Below, one piece after another: positions 47,260-57,431 of a DNA stretch of 64,000 nucleotides. A program made the position numbers and the translations under genes. The stretch is from positions 558,807 to 622,806 of the forward strand of contig CAWGUN010000013.1 in NCBI GenBank assembly GCA_963825935.1, in the 5' to 3' direction. Each line of letters begins with the position of its first letter. Within the stretch, counting starts at the first letter, position 1. The stretch is from an uncultured Bacteroidales bacterium. GTDB taxonomy: Bacteria > Bacteroidota > Bacteroidia > Bacteroidales > VadinHA17. A model generated the notes under the pieces. It worked only from the letters and a program-made list of their open reading frames with translations, searched no databases and had not been told where the DNA came from.

Positions 47260-49563
47260 TCAAATTACTCTTAGAACTACTTTTTGCAGGTCTTCATCGC
47301 GAGATGAGTTCCCAACCATAATTTCAAATTCACCCGGCTCCACAACAAAATTCATGTTGATATCATGAAATGCCAGGTGATCCGGATTTATTTCAAAAGT
47401 AACGGTTTTTGTATCACCGGGTTTTAAAGAAACCCTTTTGAATCCTTTCAATTCTTTAACTGGTCGGGTTACAGAACTTATTTTATCGCGGATATACATC
47501 TGTACAATCTCATCTCCTTCTCTTTTACCGGTATTTGTAATATCAACCTTTACCTTAGTGGATCCATCCTTTTTGATTTTATTCTTTTCCAGTCTCAGAT
47601 CAGTCCGGCTGAACCTGGTATAGCTTAAACCATATCCAAAATACCAGAGCGGCTTATTATCCATTGAAAGGTACTCGTTTATCTGTGCACTCGGTTTAAA
47701 GTTGTAATACATAGGCAGTTGTCCGACCGATTTAGGAACCGTTATTGTCAGCTTGCCTGATGGATTGACATCCCCGAATATAATATCGGCAACAGCATTC
47801 CCTGTCTCCTGACCCATGTACCACCCTTCAATAATTGCCGGTACATTTTGAGCAATGTAATTTACCGACAGCGGCCTTCCGTTCATAAGGTAAACAACAA
47901 CCGGTATGCCAAGAGCAACAATTTCTTTTACCAGCTTATCCTGCTGGCCGAACAGGTCGAGAGTCATGTTATCGCCAATATGATTTTTAGCCCATGCTTC
48001 GCGACAGAGATGATCATTTTCTCCGACGGCGAGGATAATTATTTCAGCCTTCTTTGCAACCTTAACGGCTTTAGCAATAAGCTTCATGTTTTCTTTCTTT
48101 GTCGGAAACTTGATTTCATCACCTTTCCAGTTAAAGAAGCTTATTGTGGCATTTGTCGTTAGTTTACAGCCCTGTGCAAACAGGACTTCAGACTTTTTCC
48201 CCACTTTGTTTTTAATCCCTTCCAACAGACTCACTTTATTGTAAGGTTCCCCGGCATATCCTCCGAAGAAAACATCTTTTGCACAGGGACCGATAACTGC
48301 AATTTTTTTGTATTTGTTCTTCGATAATGGCAGCAGCCCCTCATTCTTAAGGAGAACAATAGACTCATGCGCTGCCTTTAGGGCCAATTCTCCTGATTTT
48401 TTTTCTTTGCTTACTCTGACAGCATTATTCAGATCAACATAAGGATTCTCAAAAAGACCGAGCTTAAATTTAAGCTCAAGCACCAGAGAAACAGCTTTAT
48501 CAATATCTTCCAGCCTTATCTTTTTTTCTTTCAATAATTCAGGCAGATATTTGTAGCAGTTAGCCTGAGGAAATTCGTACTGAACACCACTGTTAAAGCC
48601 AATTCTTGCAGCATCCTTGATATCTTCTGCAACGAAATGCTTGTTAAAGAGCTGATCGACACCGTAATAATCAGACACTACCATTCCTTTGAACCCCAAT
48701 TTTTTCCTGAGAATATCATTCAGCAGCCACCCGTTGGCATGTGAAGGTACACCATCAATTTCATTGTAGGAAGGCATCACGCAGGCCGGCTTAACATTAT
48801 CAATGCACATCTTAAATGGTGGCATATGATAATCGTAAAGAACTCTCAATGAATAGTTTGCAGGACCCTGGTTTTGACCCCCTTCTGACTGTCCGTGTCC
48901 CGCAAGATGTTTCAGGGTTGCAGCAACATGGTCTGAAGCAATTGTCCCGTCAGAAGAGCCCTGCAGTCCTTTCACTGCAGCACAGCTCAGTACGCCATTG
49001 AGATAAGGATCTTCACCATAAGTTTCTTCTACCCGGCCCCACCTTGGTTCGCGGCAGACATCTATGACAGGAGTTAATGCATGGTGAGTGCCTCGCGTTC
49101 GCATTTCCCTTGCAATTGTACCGTACACTTTTTCGAAAAGGGACGGATCCCATGAACACGCCATTCCAATTGCCTGTGGAAATACTGTTACTTCGCGGCG
49201 CATCATTCCATGCTGACCCTCATCAACAAAGATGACAGGTATTCCAAGGCGAGTCTTCTCAACAACGTATTTCTGTATTTTATTTCGTTGTTCAACTGTC
49301 TCTTTTAAACCCCGGAAGGCCGGATGAACAGAGTTTATTCCCCTCCCGAAAGCTGCTTTCATTTTTTCCGGATCATTCAGAAATTCATCATTGAAATCCT
49401 CTACACCGCCATTCCATAACCCCATCAGCTGGGCAGCTTTTTCCTCAATAGTCATCCTTGAAAGCAGATCCTGAACTCTTTTTGAAACAGCAAGCTTTGG
49501 ATTTTTATAGGGTGTGTTCTTAAGAGTGCTTTTCTCTCTTTTTATTTGTGGTTTTTTTAACAT
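47260..49563 (-). CDS. bglX: Glycoside hydrolase family 3 (beta-glucosidase/BglX-like)
   Basis: 767 aa with MTIEEKAAQL, the nucleophile region GFKGMVVSDYYGV, and a C-terminal FnIII-like domain. Confidence 0.88.
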   Translation of the reverse strand: MLKKPQIKREKSTLKNTPYKNPKLAVSKRVQDLLSRMTIEEKAAQLMGLWNGGVEDFNDEFLNDPEKMKAAFGRGINSVHPAFRGLKETVEQRNKIQKYVVEKTRLGIPVIFVDEGQHGMMRREVTVFPQAIGMACSWDPSLFEKVYGTIAREMRTRGTHHALTPVIDVCREPRWGRVEETYGEDPYLNGVLSCAAVKGLQGSSDGTIASDHVAATLKHLAGHGQSEGGQNQGPANYSLRVLYDYHMPPFKMCIDNVKPACVMPSYNEIDGVPSHANGWLLNDILRKKLGFKGMVVSDYYGVDQLFNKHFVAEDIKDAARIGFNSGVQYEFPQANCYKYLPELLKEKKIRLEDIDKAVSLVLELKFKLGLFENPYVDLNNAVRVSKEKKSGELALKAAHESIVLLKNEGLLPLSKNKYKKIAVIGPCAKDVFFGGYAGEPYNKVSLLEGIKNKVGKKSEVLFAQGCKLTTNATISFFNWKGDEIKFPTKKENMKLIAKAVKVAKKAEIIILAVGENDHLCREAWAKNHIGDNMTLDLFGQQDKLVKEIVALGIPVVVYLMNGRPLSVNYIAQNVPAIIEGWYMGQETGNAVADIIFGDVNPSGKLTITVPKSVGQLPMYYNFKPSAQINEYLSMDNKPLWYFGYGLSYTRFSRTDLRLEKNKIKKDGSTKVKVDITNTGKREGDEIVQMYIRDKISSVTRPVKELKGFKRVSLKPGDTKTVTFEINPDHLAFHDINMNFVVEPGEFEIMVGNSSRDEDLQKVVLRVI

Positions 49564-49588
49564 GGGGTAATCTTTTTATATTGTGATT

Positions 49589-51034
49589 TTATTTCTGACT
49601 ATATGTTTTCCGGCGTTCAGCAAGTTCATCCTGCATTTTAAACTCACTGCTTTTATTGATCTGGTAGAAGAACAGAATAGCGATTCCCAGACCCATAAAA
49701 ATGACTGGAAAAATGCTTGTTGTGAGGCGTATACCAAGAAGAGCATGAGGTGTTTGTACTGCATTGGCTACATACCCGTACATATTGAGAAAAGAACCTG
49801 CGAGAGCGCCTCCGATTGCAAGTCCGACTTTTAAGCCAATGATAATGCCTGCAAATACAATTGCAGTTGCCCTCCGGTTATTTTTCCATTCCGAATAGTC
49901 TGCAACATCCGCCATCATTGCCCATGGCAGAGGCATCGAAACTCCCCAGGAGAAGTTAAAGAGAAGCTGTAAAAGGAGTACAAGTGTAACTGATTCGGGA
50001 GCAACTAAGATGAAAAGTCCGGCCATTATGACGCTGCAGATAAGGGCTCCTTTGAAGACATCCCTTTTTCCAAAGCGCGCAGCCAGTGGTTTCGACAGGA
50101 AGATACCAAGGATGGCTGCAAGCTGACTGAATATATTAATGATACTGAATGTATTACCGGCTATATCTGCATTCTGACCGATCATTCCCACATTAGCAAG
50201 AAGTCCGAACAGCCCTTTGTTTAAGCCTTCAAGGAATGTCAGCATGCTCTGCTTATCGAGATAATATTTAAAGAAATAGAGCATGATGCTGTTTCTGATA
50301 GCAAGGAAGATGAACATCATTACAAAAACCAGGAACATAATAACCCAGGGGCGGTTTTTCAACAGGTCTGAAATGTCCTGCTTCAATGATGTTTTCTGTT
50401 TGGGATCTGGCTTTATTCTTTCTTTTGTTGACAGGAATGTTATTATGAAAAAGATCACTGCGAGTGCACAAAAGATCCCCATCGTTATCTGGTACCCTTT
50501 TGCACTGTTGCCCTGTCCGAAATGATTGACCATAGGCAACGCAAATCCCTGGATGGCAATGGTTGCCAGTGTGACAAAAATAAAGCGGACTGATGAAAGG
50601 CTTGTGCGTTCAACCATATCACCTGTTATTACACCGCTGAGAGCTGAGTAGGGGATGTTATTTGCAGAATATATCGACATTAATAATATATAGGTAATAT
50701 AGGCATAAACGATTTTTCCGGAAGGACCGAAATGGGGTGTGGTGAATGCCAGGAATCCTATTATTCCAAACGGCACAGCAGTCCAGAGTATCCAGGGTCT
50801 GAATTTACCCCACCGTGTGTTTGTCCGGTCGGCAACAACACCCATTATGGGATCGAATACGGCTCCCCATAACCTGGCAACAAGGAAGAGCCAGCCTGCA
50901 GCAGCAGCAGATATTCCGAATGAATCGGTATAAAAACTAAGCTGCAACAACATGATGGTCTGAAAAATAAAGTTAGCGGCACTGTCTCCAAGACTAAAGC
51001 CGACTTTTTCTCTCATTGAAATTTTTTCTGCCAT
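49589..51034 (-). CDS. Glycoside-pentoside-hexuronide (GPH):cation symporter
   Basis: 481 aa with the GPH signature GVVADRTNTRWGKFRPW. Confidence 0.88.
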   Translation of the reverse strand: MAEKISMREKVGFSLGDSAANFIFQTIMLLQLSFYTDSFGISAAAAGWLFLVARLWGAVFDPIMGVVADRTNTRWGKFRPWILWTAVPFGIIGFLAFTTPHFGPSGKIVYAYITYILLMSIYSANNIPYSALSGVITGDMVERTSLSSVRFIFVTLATIAIQGFALPMVNHFGQGNSAKGYQITMGIFCALAVIFFIITFLSTKERIKPDPKQKTSLKQDISDLLKNRPWVIMFLVFVMMFIFLAIRNSIMLYFFKYYLDKQSMLTFLEGLNKGLFGLLANVGMIGQNADIAGNTFSIINIFSQLAAILGIFLSKPLAARFGKRDVFKGALICSVIMAGLFILVAPESVTLVLLLQLLFNFSWGVSMPLPWAMMADVADYSEWKNNRRATAIVFAGIIIGLKVGLAIGGALAGSFLNMYGYVANAVQTPHALLGIRLTTSIFPVIFMGLGIAILFFYQINKSSEFKMQDELAERRKTYSQK

Positions 51035-51226
51035 AACTTTTCTATTAATAGGTGTGATATTCTAATTGAATTACGAATTTAATAAATTAGAACTTCTTAC
51101 ACTTGGATTTTGGCTGTAAAACTTGCAAATTGCAGGAGTTAATTTAAAAATACGCACTTTTCGTTCTGAGCACTACGATCTGTGTGATAAGTATATTAAA
51201 GCAATATAATCTTAAACATAAAAATA

Positions 51227-52495
51227 ATGAAAGAAATAAAACTCGGCAGACGTGACTTTCTGAAACAAAGTACGTCCGCCGCATTTGCATTAACCATTAT
51301 TCCACGACATGTTCTTGGCGGTCAGAACTCTACAGCACCCAGCGATCAGCTCACGAAAGGAATAATAGGTGTCGGGGAAATGGGAATCGAACATATCGGA
51401 TATGAAGGGACCAGACTCCTTGCAGTCTGCGATGTCGATAAAAAACATCTTGCCCGGGCAATTGATCTGGCAGGAGGAAAAATAACAGGTTACCATGACT
51501 TCCGGGAACTGATTGCCCGCGACGATATTGATATTATTCATATTGCTACACCTCCGCACTGGCATGGAATTATTGCAAAAACAGCCGCTGAGGCAGGAAA
51601 AGATATCTGGTGCGAAAAACCCATGACACGTACAATAGGTGAGGGGATAAAAGTTGTTGAAGCGGTTCAGAAACATGGTAGAATGTTTCGCCTTAACACG
51701 TGGTTCCGGTTTAAGGATCAGTTTTATGGATTGGGAACTACTGTCAAACCTTTGAAGAAACTTGTCGACAGCGGGGTGCTTGGATGGCCCCTGAAAGTAA
51801 CTGTAAGCGGTATTACAGGTTACGACTGGAAATTTTTTTGGAGCGGTCTGCGTAATCTCCAGCCATTGCCTGTCCCTGAAGAACTCGATTATGATTTCTG
51901 GCTGGGACCTGCTCCTTACAAACCCTATAACCCCGAAAGAGTGCATGCAAAATTCCGCGGATACTGGGACTATGACGGCGGAGGCCTTGGTGACATGGGT
52001 CAGCATTATCTCGACCCGGTCCAGTACCTCCTCAGAAAAGATGAAACGGGTCCTGTTTCGGTAGAGATCGATGCTCCCCAGCAGCATTATGATGCAGTCG
52101 GATCCTGGCGAAGGATAACTTACACCTATGCCGATGGCTGCCAGATCATCCTCGATGGTGAAAACCGGGATGTAAATGCAGCATATATTGAAGGTCCTCA
52201 TGGAAAAGTTTTCAAAGGATTCAAATCAGATATTCCGGATATTGAGAAACTGATAGAATCTCTACCTGACCCTGAACAACAAATTACGACGTTCAGTGAT
52301 TCGGTAAAAACCAGGAAGAAGTTTGCACTAAATGAAGCAATTGGTCACAGGTCATGTTCAGTGGTAAACCTGGGGATCATCGCTCTGAGGCTTGGCAGGA
52401 ATCTGAAATTTGATCCTGTAAAACAACAGTTTATAGATGATGAGGGTGCCAACAGGCTTATAAACCAGCCTATGAGAGGGCCATGGAAAATATGA
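51227..52495 (+). CDS. TAT-exported Gfo/Idh/MocA-family oxidoreductase
   Basis: 422 aa. Twin-arginine signal GRRDFLKQSTSAAFALT, Rossmann motif GIIGVGEMG, and EKPM in the catalytic region. Confidence 0.85.
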   Translation: MKEIKLGRRDFLKQSTSAAFALTIIPRHVLGGQNSTAPSDQLTKGIIGVGEMGIEHIGYEGTRLLAVCDVDKKHLARAIDLAGGKITGYHDFRELIARDDIDIIHIATPPHWHGIIAKTAAEAGKDIWCEKPMTRTIGEGIKVVEAVQKHGRMFRLNTWFRFKDQFYGLGTTVKPLKKLVDSGVLGWPLKVTVSGITGYDWKFFWSGLRNLQPLPVPEELDYDFWLGPAPYKPYNPERVHAKFRGYWDYDGGGLGDMGQHYLDPVQYLLRKDETGPVSVEIDAPQQHYDAVGSWRRITYTYADGCQIILDGENRDVNAAYIEGPHGKVFKGFKSDIPDIEKLIESLPDPEQQITTFSDSVKTRKKFALNEAIGHRSCSVVNLGIIALRLGRNLKFDPVKQQFIDDEGANRLINQPMRGPWKI

Positions 52496-52518
52496 TGCTA
52501 ATTTGAAAATTTGAAGAT

Positions 52519-55500
52519 ATGAAACTCAAAAGAATACTTATTGCGACTCTTTCTGTACTTCTGGTCTCTGTTTCATCATATTCGCAGGACAAGAGAACTC
52601 TTGATACAAAAATTGCTGACCTGCTGGCGCAGCTTCCTGCCAACGACCTTCAGTATTCTGATAAACTTATAGGTGATATGCTGGCATTTGGCGAGGAAGG
52701 TCTGAAAAAGATATGCAGCCAGATCATCCCGGCAGGGACAGGCGATGATACAAAATCAAGGTTTGCTGTCGATACATTCTCAAGGTATCTCTCAAAGAAT
52801 GATAAGGTGAATGAAAAAGCCCTGTGGGAAAAGATTTGTATATCATTTGCCACCCGGCAAAAAGACCCGGGTGTGAAAGATTTCTTCATTAAACAGTTGC
52901 AGCTGACCGGAGGTGATCAGACAGCTGAAGCAATGAAAATATACCTTTCTGATAAGGACAATTGCAGTCCGGCTATAGCTGCAATTACTGCTGTGGGAGG
53001 AAAAACTGCAGAAAATATTCTTGCAGAATCACTTAAGAGCAGAGATCTTCCATGCGTTGCAGCAATTTTGAACGCACTTGCTGCAATGAAATCGGATATT
53101 GCTGTCAATGAATATATTTTCTGGTCGTCTGATGCAAATATTGATACAAAAGCTTCGGCCTATAACGCTCTTGCCTGGAGCGGTGCTCCACTGGCTTACC
53201 TGATACTTTTAAAAGCTGCAAAAAGCTATTCCTACAGGTGGGAGCGTACCGGAGCAACTGCTGCTCTGCTTGACTATGCTAAAAATGTTGCTCAGAACGG
53301 TGATCTTAAAACAATGGATAAGATATGCAGACTTATTATAAGCAAATGCAATGACAGGCTCACTTTCCAGAATAAAACGGCTGCTCTTGAGACTTATGTG
53401 AGTTTTCATGGGATTGATGCAATGCCTGAGATAATCAAAGCTGCAGGTCATCCTGACATTAAGTACAGGAATGCAGCCATAAATATGACAGCATCAATAA
53501 AGGAGAGTGCGGTAGTTAAAAAGTGGATCGATTATTTTCCGAAAGCTATATCGGCCGCAAAACCAGAAATATTGAGAATGCTGGGCGCACGAGGTGATCA
53601 ACAGGCACTGGCACTGATATACAGCTCCCTCAATGGAACTGAAAATGAGATCAGAACCGCTGCTGCAGAGGCTGTTGCAAGGATAACCGGAAAAGATGCT
53701 GTCCCCGCCCTCATTGCCTATATGATGAAATTCAGTAATTCATCAGATCAGGATGCAGTGATAACTGCTTTAAAAAGCGTTGCAGGGAACAATGAAATCA
53801 TGCTCCTTAAACCTGTACTGAAGGAAGGATCTCCGGAAGCTAAAAAGAGTACAATTGAACTGATGGCCTGGAATCAGGGACATGAATATTTTAATGAAAT
53901 ACTACCTTATGCCTCATCCCAGGATGAACCTGTGAGAACTGCAGCTTTTAAAGCGCTTGCCAGTCTTGCCGGTCCTGAAGATCAGAATGCCTTAATTGGT
54001 CTGCTTACTGCTACAGATAATGCTTCTTATGTATCTGATGTCCAGACAGCCCTTATCGATGCTGCAAATAAAACGGGCGTTCCTGAAAAACGATCATCAA
54101 TTATTCTGAAAGCAATGGAGGGAAACGCCGGAAAAGAGAAGCTTATCCCTGTGCTGGCGGGCACCGGAGGAAGAGATGCTCTTAATGCTGTACTGAAAGA
54201 ATTTGAAAATGGTAATTCATCTGTAAGAGAGATTTGTTTTAAAGCTCTCTCTTCCTGGTCAGATTATTCTGCATCATCTGCATTGTTTGAGATTTGCGCA
54301 TCCGGAAACAAAACCTATGAAACTCCGGCTTTCGAAGGATTTGTGCAGCAGATCAAATCTGCAAAAATTCCCAATGAGCAAAAACTATTACTCTTCAGGA
54401 AGATAATGCCTTTTGCCCTGACGCCACAGCTTAAGAACGAACTGCTGACTGAGGTCGGGAAGTTAAAAACTTACCAGTCGCTTTTCTTTGTTGCCGGTTA
54501 CCTCGATGATCCTGCTACATCTGCTATTGCAGCAAAAGCTGCTATGCACATTGCACTTCCTTCAGTTGGATCAAAAGCCGGTATGTACGGAAATATAGTC
54601 AGACAGATTCTTACAAGAGCAGTACCAAAGCTGTCAGGATCTGAAAGCGAATATGATAAAGAGCTGGTAAATAAATACTTAACCTCCATGCCTGCTGATG
54701 AAGGTTTTAAACCTATGTTCAATGGCAAGGATCTGTCAGGGTGGAAGGGACTTGTTGAGAATCCAGTTACCCGTGCAAAAATGAAACCTGTTGAACTGGA
54801 GAGAAAGCAGGCTGAGGCTGATACCAAAGTTCCGGCCAACTGGAGTGTAAAGGATGGCTGCATCTGGTTTAACGGCAGCGGAGAAAACCTTTGTTCAGTT
54901 AAAGAATATGGCGATTTTGAAATGCTTGTAGACTGGAAAATCTCGAAAAAAGGCGACAGCGGGATATATCTCAGGGGATCGCCGCAGGTTCAGATATGGG
55001 ATACATCAAGAGTGGACGCCGGAGCCCAGGTTGGTTCAGGCGGTTTGTACAATAATCAGAAAAATCCATCAAAACCTCTCATGGTAGCCGATAACCCGGT
55101 CGGAGACTGGAATACATTCAGAATAATTATGATAGGTGAAAAAGTTTCTGTCTGGCTTAACGGTGAACTGGTAGTTGATAATGTGATCCTTGAAAATTAC
55201 TGGGATCGCACTATTCCTATCTTCCCGAAAGGTCCGATAGAGCTTCAGGCTCACGGAACTGATCTTGGTTTCAGAGATATATATGTGAGAGAGATAAGTG
55301 AAAAGGATTATAATCTTACACCAGAAGAAAAAACTGAAGGATTCACCGCTTTATTTAATGGAAGGAATCTCGATAACTGGGTGGGTAATAAGGAGTCGTA
55401 TGTTGCTGAAGATGGGATGATTGTAATTAAACCAACAGATGGCAGCGGCGGTAATCTTTATACTGAAAAGGAATATTCAGATTTCATTTTCCGCTTCGAT

Positions 55501-55917
55501 TTTCAACTTACACCCGGAGCCAACAATGGGTTGGGTATCAGGACACCTGTTACAGGTGATGCTGCCTATGTAGGCATGGAGCTTCAGATACTCGATAATA
55601 CCGCTCCCGAATATGCAAACCTGCAACCATACCAGTATCATGGTTCAGTTTACGGAGTTATACCTGCAAAACGGGATTACCTTAAACCTGTAGGTGATTG
55701 GAATAATGAAGAAGTAATAGTGAAGGGAACGCAGGTTAAGGTAATTCTTAATGGGACCGTAATCGTTGATGGAGATATTGCAGGTCCGAGAGATAACGGA
55801 ACAGTGGATCATAATGATCATCCCGGACTGAAGAACAAAACAGGACATATAGGTTTCCTTGGACATGGTTCAGTTGTGAAATTCCGCAACATAAGAATAA
55901 AAGATATCTCCAATTAA
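52519..55917 (+). CDS. Secreted HEAT-repeat protein with two C-terminal DUF1080 (3-keto-disaccharide-hydrolase-like, concanavalin fold) domains
   Basis: 1132 aa. Signal peptide, then ~700 aa of Ala/Leu-rich helical repeats. Next come FNGKDLSGWKG..GDSGIYLRG..IELQAHG and FNGRNLDNWVG..NNGLGIR..GHIGFLGHG..FRNIRIK. Confidence 0.75.
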   Translation: MKLKRILIATLSVLLVSVSSYSQDKRTLDTKIADLLAQLPANDLQYSDKLIGDMLAFGEEGLKKICSQIIPAGTGDDTKSRFAVDTFSRYLSKNDKVNEKALWEKICISFATRQKDPGVKDFFIKQLQLTGGDQTAEAMKIYLSDKDNCSPAIAAITAVGGKTAENILAESLKSRDLPCVAAILNALAAMKSDIAVNEYIFWSSDANIDTKASAYNALAWSGAPLAYLILLKAAKSYSYRWERTGATAALLDYAKNVAQNGDLKTMDKICRLIISKCNDRLTFQNKTAALETYVSFHGIDAMPEIIKAAGHPDIKYRNAAINMTASIKESAVVKKWIDYFPKAISAAKPEILRMLGARGDQQALALIYSSLNGTENEIRTAAAEAVARITGKDAVPALIAYMMKFSNSSDQDAVITALKSVAGNNEIMLLKPVLKEGSPEAKKSTIELMAWNQGHEYFNEILPYASSQDEPVRTAAFKALASLAGPEDQNALIGLLTATDNASYVSDVQTALIDAANKTGVPEKRSSIILKAMEGNAGKEKLIPVLAGTGGRDALNAVLKEFENGNSSVREICFKALSSWSDYSASSALFEICASGNKTYETPAFEGFVQQIKSAKIPNEQKLLLFRKIMPFALTPQLKNELLTEVGKLKTYQSLFFVAGYLDDPATSAIAAKAAMHIALPSVGSKAGMYGNIVRQILTRAVPKLSGSESEYDKELVNKYLTSMPADEGFKPMFNGKDLSGWKGLVENPVTRAKMKPVELERKQAEADTKVPANWSVKDGCIWFNGSGENLCSVKEYGDFEMLVDWKISKKGDSGIYLRGSPQVQIWDTSRVDAGAQVGSGGLYNNQKNPSKPLMVADNPVGDWNTFRIIMIGEKVSVWLNGELVVDNVILENYWDRTIPIFPKGPIELQAHGTDLGFRDIYVREISEKDYNLTPEEKTEGFTALFNGRNLDNWVGNKESYVAEDGMIVIKPTDGSGGNLYTEKEYSDFIFRFDFQLTPGANNGLGIRTPVTGDAAYVGMELQILDNTAPEYANLQPYQYHGSVYGVIPAKRDYLKPVGDWNNEEVIVKGTQVKVILNGTVIVDGDIAGPRDNGTVDHNDHPGLKNKTGHIGFLGHGSVVKFRNIRIKDISN

Positions 55918-55928
55918 CTGAATTTAAG

Positions 55929-57374
55929 TTGAAACATAAATCTTTCCTCCTTTTTATAATTATAGTGTTATCTGCCTGTTTCAGGGTATCGCCGCCTCAA
56001 CCATATGGCCCGGTGCCATCAGAACGGCAGCTGGCATGGCATGAGATGGAATATTATATGTTCGTTCATTTTACTGTTAATACTTTCACAGATAAGGAGT
56101 GGGGTTACGGTGACGAAAGTGAATCTGTTTTCAATCCGACAGAACTAGACTGTCGCCAATGGGCACAAGTTGCAAAGGAAGCAGGGATGAAAGGTATAAT
56201 TATCACCGCTAAACATCATGATGGATTTTGTCTGTGGCCTTCAAAACTGACTGAACATTCAGTTAAGAATTCAATCTGGAAGGATGGCAGGGGCGATGTA
56301 CTGAAAGAACTGAGAAAAGCGTGCAATGAGTTCGGATTGAAGATGGGAGTTTATCTTTCTCCATGGGACAGGAACAGTGCCTCGTACGGCACTCCTGAAT
56401 ACCTTATTTATTACAGGAACCAGCTCAGGGAGCTGCTTACAGATTATGGGGATATATTTGAAGTGTGGTTTGACGGTGCAAACGGAGGTGATGGATATTA
56501 TGGAGGGGCGCGGGAAACAAGGCGAATCGACAATAAGACTTATTATGACTGGCCAATTACTCATAAGATAGTCAGGGAGTTGCAACCAAAAGCAGTGATG
56601 TTCAGCGATGCAGGTCCTGATGTAAGATGGGTGGGTAATGAACGGGGTCTGGGAAGCCTGACCAACTGGTGTCTCCTGAATAGAGACGAGATGTATCCGG
56701 GTGGTGATTTTGCCAGAATTCTGGGCGAAGGGCATGAAGATGGAAATCACTGGGTCCCTGCTGAGGTTGATGTTTCTATACGTCCGGGCTGGTTCTGGCA
56801 TAAGGAGCAGGATTCACTGGTCAGATCACCGGAAAATCTCATGGGACTGTACTACTCAAGCGTTGGAAGGAACAGCAATCTCCTTCTCAACATTCCCCCC
56901 GACAGGAGAGGATTATTAAATGAGAATGATGTAAAATCTCTGCTTGCATTCAGGGATTTGAGAGAAAAAGAATTTAAAACTGACCTTGCAAAAGGGAAAA
57001 AAGTAGATGCAACCATAATCAGGGGTAAAGGGTATGAAGCCTCAAATGTCAATGACGGCAATCCTGAAACTTACTGGTCAGCCAGAGACAATCAGACTAC
57101 GGCTGATATAATAATTGACTTTGGCACAGAAACTGAGGTAAACAGAATTGTTCTTCAGGAATATGTCAGGCTTGGACAAAGAGTTCAGGAATTTAAAATA
57201 GAGGCTTTAACTGGTAATGAATGGAAACCGGTTATTGATGGAACAACAATCGGATATAAAATAATCAGAAAATTTCCTGTTGTCAGGACATCAAAAATCA
57301 AAGTAATTATCAGCAAATCAAAAGCATGTCCAGTGATTTCGAATCTTGAGATATACCGGGCACCAGGGGAATAG
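55929..57374 (+). CDS. GH29 alpha-L-fucosidase with C-terminal F5/8 type C (discoidin) domain, lipoprotein
   Basis: 481 aa with a TTG start supported by the signal/lipobox LSAC. HHDGFCLWPS and WFDGANGG are present. The C-terminus has NVNDGNPETYWSA. Confidence 0.85.
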   Translation: MKHKSFLLFIIIVLSACFRVSPPQPYGPVPSERQLAWHEMEYYMFVHFTVNTFTDKEWGYGDESESVFNPTELDCRQWAQVAKEAGMKGIIITAKHHDGFCLWPSKLTEHSVKNSIWKDGRGDVLKELRKACNEFGLKMGVYLSPWDRNSASYGTPEYLIYYRNQLRELLTDYGDIFEVWFDGANGGDGYYGGARETRRIDNKTYYDWPITHKIVRELQPKAVMFSDAGPDVRWVGNERGLGSLTNWCLLNRDEMYPGGDFARILGEGHEDGNHWVPAEVDVSIRPGWFWHKEQDSLVRSPENLMGLYYSSVGRNSNLLLNIPPDRRGLLNENDVKSLLAFRDLREKEFKTDLAKGKKVDATIIRGKGYEASNVNDGNPETYWSARDNQTTADIIIDFGTETEVNRIVLQEYVRLGQRVQEFKIEALTGNEWKPVIDGTTIGYKIIRKFPVVRTSKIKVIISKSKACPVISNLEIYRAPGE

Positions 57375-57377
57375 ATC

Positions 57378-57399
57378 GGGAGAATGGGAGAGAATGGGA
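57378..57399. repeat. Short tandem repeat GGGAGAAT / GGGAGAGAAT / GGGA
   Basis: Read directly in the fucosidase to beta-helix spacer. Confidence 0.6.
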
Positions 57400-57431
57400 T
57401 TTGTTGTATTTAATTAAATAGAAATTTAGCT

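Noticed and set aside
51124-51134. Palindrome TGCAA-A-TTGCA in the divergent GPH / oxidoreductase promoter region, as a candidate operator.
   Set aside because: It has only 5-bp arms, and many such palindromes are expected by chance in 64 kb. No regulator gene is nearby to tie it to.
51290-52201. A 303-aa minus-strand ORF, the longest unexplained ORF in the track.
   Set aside because: It lies entirely antisense to the well-supported TAT Gfo/Idh/MocA gene. Its translation is Cys/Ser/Phe-rich with no recognisable motifs, signal or domain pattern. This is a typical shadow ORF on the complement of a real gene.
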